The translations under genes were made by a program, and so were the position numbers. A model generated the notes under the pieces. It did not search any database. It was not told the origin of the DNA and saw only the letters and a program-made list of their open reading frames with translations. A stretch of DNA of 64,000 nucleotides from Octopus vulgaris (lineage: Eukaryota). Shown in pieces: positions 53,201 through 64,000 of the stretch. Positions within the stretch are counted from its first letter, which is position 1. Every line of letters begins with the position of its first letter. The stretch lies in assembly GCA_951406725.2 (NCBI GenBank), contig OX597817.1, forward strand, positions 42,222,001 to 42,286,000, given 5' to 3'.

Positions 53201-53678
53201 TGGTGGTTTTTTTTTTTGACCCACGTTTTTATAAGAAAGGGGGAACAGTATCTATGACACTCTGTAAAGTCACTGAGACTGCTGGAAAAAAGGGTAGGAT
53301 GTACCCTCAAAGCAGAGACCTATCCTGAATGCTTAGAACAGAGAGATTACCCCACCAAAGGTACCCAAGGAACAGGTAGACGTGTTAAACTGGTTGATAA
53401 ATCAAGTCTACCACTCAAATAAGCCATGATGGGATTTGAACTCAGAGCACAAAAAGCCAGAAATATCACAAGGCAACCTGGTTGATGCATTTAATGCTTC
53501 TACCATTCCACTATTCTTGGCTGGTACTTTATTCATTGACCCTGAAAGAGAAAAGGATAAAGTTGACTTCAGTTGGAGTTGAACTCAGAATGCAAGGAGT
53601 TGGAATCACGACTGCAAAACATTACATTTTGTCTAACTCTCTGATGACTCTACCAATTCGCCACTGGGAGGATGGTTG

Positions 53679-53679
<1 letters not shown>

Positions 53680-53709
<30 letters not shown>

Positions 53710-54100
53710 AGCTGTGATGGTAGCATTGGTGGCAGTGTTAATAGTAGCGTTGTTGGTGGTGGTGGTAGTGGTGGTGATGGCACTGCTGCTGCTGCTGGTG
53801 TTGTTGACAATGGTGGTGGCAGTGGTGGTGGTGGTGGTGGTGGTAGCAGCGATGGCAGCAGTAGTGGTGGTGGTGGTGGTGGTGGTTGTGGTGGTGTTTC
53901 TGGTGGTGATGGTGTGGTGTTGGTGGTGGTGGTGGTGCAAGTGGTGTTGGCGCTGCTGATGCTGGTGCTGTTGACAATGATGGTGGTGGTGGTGGTGGTC
54001 GTGGTGGTCGTGGTCGTCGTCGTGGTGATGGTGGTGGTTGTAGAAGTGGCAGTAATGACATTAAGGAGAAGGGTGATGGTGATGGCGATGATGACAGCAA
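53680..54100. repeat. (GAT/GGT/GCT)n cryptic triplet mosaic
   Basis: Direct reading; accounts for ORF 53482-54270. Confidence 0.85.
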
Positions 54101-54429
54101 CAATGTCAATTGTCCTAGTAATTGTGACGATCAGGCAGATGAAAATTTGGAAAGGTTTCAATATCTATAAAGAAATAAAACAAATATTATCTTCTGGACA
54201 TTCAATGATTGAACGTCGGTGGTGGAAGATAAACAACAACAGTGAATTCAAGAAAACAAAACAATTGTAAGTTGGACTTGTTTAAGCTAGAGGAAAGATA
54301 ATCTGATTGTAAATGATGGAGAAAAGATGACAATTTGAGTTAGATATTGTTGCCAGAAAACTACATCATGTAAGGCATAGACTGAAGTGATTAACAGACA
54401 ACTTAGACAAACAGACATTATGTACACAT

Positions 54430-54540
54430 CAACGGAGGAGAAGATGAAGGCCTTTGAGTTTTGGAGCTTTCACAGATTAAGCAAGATAAGCCAAAAAGAC
54501 AGGGTAGAAAATGCTGCAGTACCAGAAAAGCTGAAGGTCC
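54430..54540 (+). mobile_element. RTE LINE fragment
   Basis: EEKMKAFEFWSFHRLSKISQKDRVENAAV resembles ..I.AFE.W..RR.L.ISW.DRV.N..V. Confidence 0.65.
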
Positions 54541-54605
54541 AAGGACACCTACAAGGATGTAGCATAGACTCGGCTGAAATTCCTCTATCCTGTTTATTAT
54601 ATATA

Positions 54606-54994
54606 CTAGCAGTATCGCCCAGCGTTGCTCGGGTTTGTTTCATTCCTTTAGAATTGGAATTTTTGAAAAGTAAATATTTTGCATTATGTAGCTTGCTATT
54701 CTCTTTAAGTGAACATTTTTCTGGTTGAAATACACCGACAAATGGCGACATAACAGTAAAAAATCGTAAAAAATAGGTATTTTCATAGAAAAAAGCACCT
54801 TTTTGATGTAAATAATTTTTGGTGTTAACATGGTCTGATTTGAAATTTTTTTCTACAGAAGGAAGAGCAAGCCTTCTTCTATCATACTCTCAATTTTGGT
54901 CAACTTGTGCCACAGGGTCTCGGAGGAGATAGTGTTAGTTGAAGGCTACCAAACCTGCCATACACAGACAGCTTCAGCTTTATATATATAGAGA
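54606..54994 (-). mobile_element. Non-autonomous Helitron sharing termini with 5403-5782
   Basis: a|ctagcagtatcgcccagcgttgctcgggtttgt ... tttatatatatagaga|t gives TC...hairpin...CTAG on the minus strand. Confidence 0.75.
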
Positions 54995-55529
54995 TGTACA
55001 TTTGAATGTAGCAGGGAGCAGCTAGCCTTTGGCGGCTATTTGGATCCTGATGTGTCCACTACTCTGATTGGTTGGTATTGGTGCAATTTGTCTCTTAAGT
55101 AGGCGATATTGCTTCTAATGCCCTCCTATGTGTGGTTTAACAGTTATGTTTTGTATGTTAGCAAAGGGGGAGCTAACCATGGTTTGCTTGGGATATTTTA
55201 GAACATTCGACAGGGGAGATAACTGTAGTTGACTCTCAATGAATATTTTGCAGGCTATGAACCTGTTTCAAACAGCATTGCCTATAAGGAGGTGCTGAAA
55301 TGTTTCTGGTGAAAGGCCTGATTGGAGACCCAACCTTCTGAATTCTTTTACAGGGCTTAGAAAACCTGAAGGGCTGCTGCAATAAGTGTGTGAATCTGAG
55401 AGGGGAATATGTTGAATAAAATCATAATTAACTGCTCTTCATGTAATTTCTTTTACCCAAAGCCAGGAACTTTTCAACATTCCTACATATTGTTGAGAAC
55501 CAAGTCCAAAAACCTATTAAATTATGAGC

Positions 55530-55710
55530 ATACAATGTTCCATGAGTCCCTGCCTAAGACCATCTTGACAGGAAATTTGGAGGGGAAGAGGGAAAGAGGC
55601 TGTCAATGACATTTGTGGACTGACAACATCGAAGAATGGAATAGAAACAAGAGCCTGACTGATTGTGTGCATACAGCACAACACAGAGGGAAATGGAGAG
55701 TTTTGGCAAG
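55530..55710 (+). mobile_element. RTE LINE fragment (possible continuation of 54430-54540)
   Basis: HESLPKTILTGNLEGKRERGCQ*HLWTDNIEEW resembles H.SL.KTIL.G..EG.R.RGR....W.DNI.EW. Confidence 0.7.
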
Positions 55711-57045
55711 CCACATGCTGTGCACAGACAGAGCATCTGGTTAATAATATATATACAAATACAAGTGGGATCTGTGGAAATTCTACAGAACAGAAAAGTT
55801 TAAGAAAAGTTATTCAAGAAAGAAAGGATGATTTTTACTTTTATTTTGCTAAGTTATTTCACTTCTAGTCACAATGATTTTAAAATTTTCCTCTGCTAAT
55901 CACTTTATATTTCTCTCTTTCACAGCTTGCTCATGAGATTAACATGCAAGTGGCTGAGCACTCCACAAACATGCATACCCCTTCACATATTTCTCAGGGA
56001 GATTCAGCATGACACAGAATGTGACAAGGCTGGCCCCCTGATTGTAAAATAATTAATTCAAATACTTATATATTATGAATGTGAGTGTTAGCCATTCGAC
56101 TACATTTCAACTACATTAAAAATTAAAAAACAACAACAGTAGTGAAAGGATAGATTTTACATAGTGCAAACGTTATCTTGAATAGAATGTGATACTCTGA
56201 GTAGAGTGAATAGATATGTTTACTAAGTCAAAGTTGACAATCTACTCTGAGTTTCACATGTAGTTGGGCAGTTCATGACAGTTTGTGAACAGCACTGCTA
56301 AAGGGCAGAATTCAAAATGGACTCAATTTAGATATAATATGTACACACACACACACATATATATACATATATATATATATACATATATATATATCATATA
56401 TATATACATATCATATATATACATATATATGTGTGTGTGATGTAACATGTAGAAGTAATCATTTCTAAATTGCAGCTTAATAAATTTCTGTAAAAAGAAC
56501 CCAAAAGACTCTGTAAAGTGGTTGGCATTAGGAAGGACATCCAACTGTAACAACCATGGCAAAACAGACAATGGAGGTCAGCAAGGTCCTTTGGCTCATC
56601 AGCTTCTGTGAAGCCATTCAAACCATGCTAAAACAGACACTGGAGCTTAGCAAGGTCCGTTGGTTTGTCAGCTTCTATGAAACCATCCTAACCATGCTTG
56701 CATAGAAAATGGATGTTAAATGATGATAATGATAATGATGATAAATAGGTACACCTTCGAAACGCAGAGTAGATGAAACCATGGCGACTGAAGAAAGGGA
56801 TTTTCCTTGTGTTATTTGTCCTGTACTCTATTTTTTCATTGTTTAAGAAAAATGTCCAGTTTTGTGTTTATGTTTTCATTTCTCATTGTGTTCAACGTTT
56901 TTTTTGGTGTCCTGTACCCATATATGCATGTATATATACATGTAGATGTAGGTACGTACATCTATGTATGTATATATGCACATGTTTTATTTATTAATTT
57001 GTTATTACACGACAGAATGCACGCATCCTTTTCTAAGTAAGTTTG

Positions 57046-57078
<33 letters not shown>

Positions 57079-57080
<2 letters not shown>

Positions 57081-57488
57081 AGTGGCAGGAGTGGCTGTGT
57101 GGTAAGTAGCTTGCTTACCAACCACATGGTTCCGGGTTAAATCCCACTGCGTGGCACCTTGGGCAAGTGTCTTCTGCTATAGCCTCGGGCCGACCAATGC
57201 CTTGTGAGTGGATTTAGTAGATGGAAACTGAAAGAAGCCTGTCGTATATATGTATATATATGTATGTATGTGTGTGTGTATGTTTGTGTGTCTGTGTTTG
57301 TCCCCCTTGCATTGCTTGACAACCGATGCTGGTGTGTTTACGTCCCCATCACTTAGCGGTTCAGTAAAAGAGACCGATAGAATAAGTACTGGGCTTACAA
57401 AGAATAAGTCCCGGGGTCGATTTGCTCGACTAAAGGCGGTGCTCCAGCATGGCCGCAGTCAAATGACTGAAACAAGTAAAAGAGTAAA

Positions 57489-57490
<2 letters not shown>
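57079..57490 (+). mobile_element. Family A SINE, full length and CpG-rich (young)
   Basis: A-box-like tggctgtgtggt, B-box-like gggttaaatccc, CORE-like motif, intact tail. Confidence 0.9.
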
Positions 57491-57544
<54 letters not shown>

Positions 57545-57562
57545 CCTTTTATAATTTTATTT

Positions 57563-57970
57563 TTTTACTTCTTTCAGTCGTTTGACTGTGGCCATGCTGG
57601 AGAACCACCTTTAGTTGAGCTAATCAACCCTGTTACTTATTCTTTGTAAGCCTAATACTTATTCTATCGGTCTCTTTAGCCGAACTGCTAAGTTACAAGA
57701 ACATAAACATACCAACATCGATTGTCAAGTGATGGTGAGGGGACAAACACAGACACACAAACGTATACACACAGATACATACATGTGTATATATATATAA
57801 ACACAAAATGGGCTTCTTTCAGTTTCCATCTACCAAATCCACTCATAAGGCTTTGGTCAACAGCTCGAGGCTACAGTAGAAGACACTTGCCTAAAGTGCT
57901 ATGCAGTGGGACTGAACCCAGAACCATGTGGCTGGTAAGCAAGCTACTTATCACACAGCCACTCCTTCAC
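57563..57970 (-). mobile_element. Family A SINE, tail-to-tail with the previous copy
   Basis: Reverse complement of 57079-57490; about 70-bp (TA)n spacer. Confidence 0.85.
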
Positions 57971-59900
57971 CTATATATATATATATTCGTACATATGTAT
58001 GCATGTATGTATGTATGTATGTATGTATGTATGTATGTATGTATGTATGTATGTATGTATGCATACATGCATGTATGTATGTATGTATGCATATCACTAA
58101 TGTTGATAATGATGATAATAACAACAATAAAAGCAAAACAACAGCACAAAATATTACAAAGTCACAACAACCATCATTTTTAAACTGTCCTGTCATATCA
58201 GTGAAATGTTTTTCAAACGACACATTCTGTAAAATTCCTGCATATTTCCAAAAGCTAACATTAGATAATGTTTCTTACATAAGGATAGTTCCATTAAAGG
58301 ATAGTTCCATTAAAACTACCAGACTGCATAATTATAGGAGAGAGGATGACTAAAGGAAGTATTTATAGGTAATTTGATTGTGGTTTATCAATAATAATAA
58401 ACAGTGGCATCATGCCATCACTTGTTCTTTGCAAGACTTAATAACAGAAATATAAAGGAACCAACCCAATAATAATCACAAATTTCAAAGCTTGCCATAC
58501 TTTGATATCGCAACAGTTTCAAGTAAATTGATATTAGTGTTTTTATATATAATTCCCATTTGTGAAGACACATGCTAATCTCATGTGACATAACACACAG
58601 CAAAGCATTTGAGGAGATGAGGAGACAAGGAGATGAGGAGAAGAGGAGATGACAGTACAACATACTATGTATATTTGACAATAAGTATACTGACAGTATT
58701 AGTCATATTTCACCTGGCATGAAGGTTCCTTTTGTTCTGGGAATTCAGCTATTTAATAAAACCTCTACAAAGAACACTATTTTCATTTATCTGACAAATG
58801 ACCTATGAGAAACAGAACAGATTTTTCAGTTTGCTTTTGGGAGGATTTTGTTGTTTTTTTTGCTTTTGTTGTTTTTTTGCTTTTGTCTCTGCCCCTGTCT
58901 ATCTCAATCAGTTATGCGATTTCTCATGTTGTAGTTTCCTATGTTATGTCATTTCAATGCACCATCATCTCAACTGTCAGCATCAAGACATTCCGAGGTG
59001 AGCCAGTGAGAGAACCTTTAAGCAACTGCTCAACTTGCTAAAAACAGCAACCAAATCTCCCTCAAATTATATCCCACTTACTTAAAAAAACAAAGACGGA
59101 TTGCATAATGTAATCCATCGGAGAAAAACCAAAATTACAGGATGATCACAGCTGGAACGCTTTTGATCAGACATCAGCTCAGTTAGAGTTATCTAGAAGT
59201 TCAACAACAGCAACAGTAACAACAACAAGGCATTTCATGCTGAAGAGGGAAGGTATGTAAACAAATAATATTTGATAGCAAATCATATTTGATTTCGAGT
59301 CATATTTATTATATAGCTGATGGCCGCAGTGTGAAATCAATCAATATGTGTTGCCTACAATGTCTACCAAGATAAATAAAATGCTGGGTATAGGAATCAA
59401 GACACACATTTACTCTCAGTAACACATTCTGATTTGTCTATCCTGAAGTATACAATCACAAATGTGCTCCATTAGCATTTACCGATAATTTGAAATGTTC
59501 AAAGCTTTGACAGCAGTCTCCATCACTATTATCATTATTATTATCATCATCATCATCGTCATCATTGATTTGACTCAGGTTCATTCTTATTCCTGGTAGA
59601 ATTTATGTGGGTAATTATTATTACTATTCATCATCATCATCATCATTTAACGTCTGCTTTCCATGCTAGCATGGGTTGGACGGTTTGACTGGGGGCTCAA
59701 CATTCCTCAGGTTGACCCTCCAGTTCGTGGCCAGAGCTTGGTCCTGTGCTGCCAATATAGTGCTCTCGGTCTCTTTTTTTAGGGTTCCTTTCATCAGCCA
59801 ATCCTGCCTATTCTTTCCAGCAACTTCTGTTGTGGCTTCATGGAATTATTAATAATAATAATTATTATTATTATTAATAATAATGATAATAATAATGATG

Positions 59901-59953
<53 letters not shown>

Positions 59954-59989
59954 GATGATAATTTTATTTTATTATTATTATTATAATTG

Positions 59990-60165
59990 TTCAGTAGTCT
60001 TATTTTTATCACATGCTTTCACTGAGCGCAGCTCTATGTGCCTTGGGTATGTACTGTGGTTAGTTGTGATGTTCTTATTTTCATAGTATTGAAAGTGTTT
60101 TACATAGGATGTGTGCTAGAAGTGCTATTTTCTGTATGCTATATATATATATTTGTAAGTCCTGA
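59990..60165 (-). mobile_element. 3' end of the same Dong/R4 family as 28752-30146
   Basis: ttcagtagt.ttatttttat...gagcgcagctct.tgtgccttgggtatgt is shared; abuts a TAA/TAT repeat. Confidence 0.85.
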
Positions 60166-60325
60166 GGAAAAGCAAAGTCAACCTTAGTGGAATTTGAACT
60201 CAGAACATAGCAACGAGTGAAATACAGCTAAACATTTCATCCAGCATACTAATGATTCTGCCAGCTTGCCACCTTATGGATGTTAGATAATGACAATACA
60301 ATAATATCTATATAATTTCATTCAG

Positions 60326-60472
60326 GTGTTAACCTTGGAGTTTACCCTATTAAGCTCACTCACTGGTACAGGCTATCAGACAGTAATCCAGAGAAAGTTT
60401 GTCTTATCGAGTACTCTTCTGAAAAGCCACAAATATCCATATTGTTTTAGAATTATAAACAAGAAGAATGAA
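60326..60472 (+). other. Candidate 147-nt coding exon (unverified)
   Basis: Acceptor ataatttcattcag and donor GAA|gtgagt; open phase 0-0 frame VLTLEFTLLSSLTGTGYQTVIQRKFVLSSTLLKSHKYPYCFRIINKKNE. Protein not recognised. Confidence 0.3.
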
Positions 60473-61028
60473 GTGAGTAAGTCTTATTAAATCAATTTAC
60501 AATTGTTTTGTCTGGATTTGATCTCATGAATATTGCTATATTAAACATTAATATATGTGACTATTGATTCCTAAGGTGTCCTTGTAATGATAACAAATTC
60601 AACTCCTCAGAATAATGCATAAAAGTCATTAGCTCAAATCACTTCTATTCATATATTCTGATGAGACAAATTCAGTATGTACCATTTCAATGATGCCTAA
60701 AGAATCAATAGCTGTATATTTTATTATATAATATAGAAATATTCATGAGATAAAATTCAGGCGAAACAATTGTAAATTATGTATATAGGTGCAGATATGG
60801 CTGTGTGGTAAGAAGTCTGTTTCCCAACCACACAGTTCTGGGTTTAGTCCCACTGTCTGGCACCTAGCATATTCTACTATAGTCTTAGACCAACCAAAGC
60901 CTTGTGATTGAATTTGATTTATGGAAAAATGAAAGAAGCCTGTTGTATGTATATATGTATGTATGTATGTATAGTGTCTTTGCACTAACAGGGGAGACAA
61001 CAGCCCCATAGCGAGTGAGATCACCATA

Positions 61029-61521
61029 CTAGTCCAGTTTCATTTTGAATTAAAGCCCATCAATGGTGACTACTCCATCACCGGATGGTTTGGCTTAATC
61101 CCAACTGTCAGTATATCGTATTTACCCTTGTAAATGCATAGACATGTGCTTTTTTGCAGCTCTAAATGTATACGAGCAAAATGCCCCCATCCAATGGACG
61201 GTGCTGAGTTGTCAAACATTTAAACCAAATTTTCTGAAAACAACTTGTCCGACCGTCCCATAGGGCTCCCCTTTGAGAAACACTGATTTAAGCTAAATTT
61301 GAGACACGTATGCTGATGTACTTGCGCATACAAATGCATGTTCCCAGGGTTTTATCAATCGCATTCTCACCTGGAATCGATTTTTGTAATTTTTTCAAGA
61401 CTTATACATGCCCTGATACTGACAGTATCTACATATCAAATTTGAGCGCAATCGGATGGAGGATGCCCGAGATCCTAGAAGACACACAGACAGACAGACA
61501 GAACGGATTTTATATAATAGA
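61029..61521 (-). mobile_element. Probable non-autonomous Helitron (third subfamily)
   Basis: Minus 5' end a|TCtattatataaaatccgttctgtctgtctgtc; aaattt...aatcgg motif as in 5403-5782. The 3' CTAG position is uncertain (61029 or near 60985). Confidence 0.5.
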
Positions 61522-61545
61522 TACATATATATGTATGTATGTATG

Positions 61546-61587
<42 letters not shown>

Positions 61588-61588
<1 letters not shown>

Positions 61589-61801
61589 TTTATTTAAAGC
61601 AGCAGAAAATTCAACAAAATCTGTTACTCTGAGTTTCTCGTTGCCGTTCATCTAGCAAAAACTGTCAGATGAATGGCAACGAGAAACTCAGAGTAACAGA
61701 ATTTGTTGAATTTTCTGCTGCTTAAAATAAAGCATATTACTCTACCACTGGTATTTGAGTACTCTTTTTTCCACCTTGTTTCACATTTATGTGTTTACTC
61801 C

Positions 61802-61803
<2 letters not shown>
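61588..61803 (+). mobile_element. Asymmetric fold-back element (66-bp arms, 13-nt loop, ~70-nt unpaired tail) in (TA)n with hammerhead-like motif
   Basis: 61588-61653 is the reverse complement of 61667-61732. 61662-61699 reads CTGT-CAGATGA-aTG gcaa CGa-GAAA-CTC a GAG-TA-ACAG. Confidence 0.75.
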
Positions 61804-61879
<76 letters not shown>

Positions 61880-61893
61880 TGTGTGGATATATA

Positions 61894-63154
61894 TTGGGTC
61901 ATATCATAAATAATGCATTTTTTAATACTTCTTATTTTTCAAAATTAAGATAAACAAAGTTCTTTTTCAAAACTAAAATAAACTCTCCTTCATTTTCTAC
62001 AATACTCTTCCATCTATCTGGTAGACTTGCAAGACCCCTCTTCCAAAATTCACTTGCCTGTGATGAAAAATAATTCCTCCAGTACTGTTCTGACCTCATC
62101 TACAGAATTCATATTTTTTCCATCCAAATGATTTTGAAGACTGCAGAACAAATGATAATCAGTTGGTGCAATGTCCGGCGAATGCGGTGGGTGGGACATC
62201 GTTTTCCACTCAAACTGTTCCAGCCTTTGGAATGTCATCCTTGCTGTATGTGGCCAAGCATTATCCTGATGGAAGAACACATTTCATCTTGAAACCAAAA
62301 ATGGTCATTTTTCTTCTAATGCTGACTTAAGCCGTTCAAGCTGCTCACAGTAGATCTCCTTTATTATCATTTGGTTTGGGTTTAAAATTTCAAAGTGGAC
62401 TAAACCTTTCATATACTACCAAACAGATAACAACCCCTTACATGGGTGAAGCCCCTCTTTAGCTTACCCACTGTCTTTGGTGCTTGACAATTTTATAGAG
62501 AACCCATTTCTCATCACTAGTCACTATTCAGTCCAAAAAACGTTCATTGGTGCGATGTGACAGCAAAGAAGAGCACACATTCACTCTCTGAGCACAATTA
62601 GACTTGGAAAGTTTGTGATGAACCCATTAACCCAATTTGCTGACTTTTCCAATGGCATGCAGGTGTTGATGAATGATTGCGTGACCAAATCCAAGCTTCT
62701 TTGCTAGTTCCTCAACAGTTACGATGGGATTTTGCTCCACCAAGGTTTGCAGGAGGTCCTTGTCAAGCTCTTCAGATCTTCTAGGGCAAGGCTCATCTTC
62801 TAGGCTGTAGTTTCTAGCTCAGATGTTCTGGAACTACTGTTGATACTGGCTTACACTTACTGTCTGATCCCCATACACTGCATTGATATTCCTTGCACTT
62901 TCCACTGCATTGTTGCTTTTATTGAACTCATAAAGCAAAATATACTGAATATGCTCCTTTGTCACTTCCATTATAGCTTTGAAAAAATAGCTGTTAAAAT
63001 CGAACTGCACTCTTCAAAACTTGCACTAAGAATAAGGACAAGCTAAAATTACTATCTGGCTTTATAGCAAGTTGATTTAGGTAGTTTATCCTGTCCCTCT
63101 CAGACTTTTATTTCATGCAGTTGAAAAAACCACATTATTTATGGGATGACCCAA
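61894..63154 (-). mobile_element. Full-length inactive mariner (DD34D) transposon, 1261 bp
   Basis: TIRs ttgggtcatatcataaataatgc / cattatttatgggatgacccaa. Transposase from ATG 62971: MEVTKEHIQYILLYEFNK..LEDEPCPRR..WVHHKL..IVTSDEKWVLY..HQDNAWPH-(34 aa)-SPDIAPTDYHLF, with several stops. Confidence 0.93.
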
Positions 63155-63155
63155 T

Positions 63156-63210
<55 letters not shown>

Positions 63211-64000
63211 TGTGTGTTGGGTTTCTTTCAGTATCATTCAACCAATTCCACTCACAAGGCTTTGATCATCCTGAGGCTATAATAGAAAACACTTGCCCAA
63301 GGTGCTACACAGTGGGACTGAACCCAGAACCATGTGATTGGGATGCAAGCTTCTTCCCACACAGCCACATCTGCACCTAATTTTTATGACCAGTGATGTC
63401 ATTGCTACAGATCTCATCTCCACTGCTTTCATTTCCACTGCTTCTTTCATCATCACTACAGTTATCATCATCGTCACACCAGTTTCATTGCTGTTGTGAT
63501 GAGAAACAATTGCCAGAACCAAATCGTTTTATTTGGCTTAAACATTCAACTTCAGTATTTGAAGTACAAGTGTAAACATGTTCGTTTTTATTGCATATGG
63601 CTGGCTGCCAGTCTCCAACAAAAGTATAGCAATACTTTACGTCCGGAAGTAGTAATAACGATTTCATAGCATTCACCAGTACTTTTAAATATTTAAATCC
63701 ATCCAGTGGTCTCCAGATTCTTGTTGAGCAGTGAGGAAATTTGTATGGTTGGAGCCATGATTTCCTCTTCAATAATTGGATCAATACTGAACTGTTCCTG
63801 CTCACATGCTTACTGAGTCAAACTGCTTTGCATGTCAAAGCAGCAACCATCAATAGATCAACCATCAACAGATGCAGAGCTTACAACATGGGCTGGATTC
63901 CTCTACAAGTGGTCATCATTGCAACCATCAATGGAACCAGAGTTTGATTGGTTCCCTATGGAGCTCCAGATTGAGCCATATTTTTTGTTGTGATTGTGTC

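Noticed and set aside
53482-54270. 262-aa Gly/Val-rich ORF
   Set aside because: Open only because of triplet microsatellites; its 5' part is a decayed SINE.
56748-57045. Penelope-like end with cgaaacgcagagta and ctgaaga motifs
   Set aside because: At most the 3' half of a motif; it cannot be folded from this copy, so it was not called.

Overview
AT-rich, eukaryotic, repeat-saturated DNA. The SINE families, (TA/CA/TATG/ATT/GAT)n microsatellite density and LINE types look like an Octopus (coleoid cephalopod) intron or intergenic region; this is inferred from recalled repeat families, not from a database search. No intact host gene, rRNA, tRNA or CRISPR array can be supported, and almost all listed ORFs are microsatellite or SINE artefacts. 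Recognisable content: four short retroposon families in many copies, decayed CR1, RTE (one with C2H2 fingers) and R4/Dong LINE fragments (the latter sitting in TAA repeats), a full-length dead DD34D mariner, a Tc1 end, pogo-, piggyBac- and hAT-type MITEs, three non-autonomous Helitrons and several minisatellites. Two weak plus-strand exon candidates were also seen. The most notable signal is a set of at least four unrelated short non-coding elements, several of them fold-back palindromes and usually lodged in microsatellites, each carrying a minimal type-I hammerhead-ribozyme-like motif with a variant core (UUGAAGA, CUGAUGA+A, CUGUGGA, CAGAUGA, UUGAUAA). They look like Penelope-derived or retrozyme-like elements. 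Ribozyme activity is a hypothesis and most copies carry decay mutations. Repeat boundaries are approximate (about 10-20 bp) unless termini are quoted.
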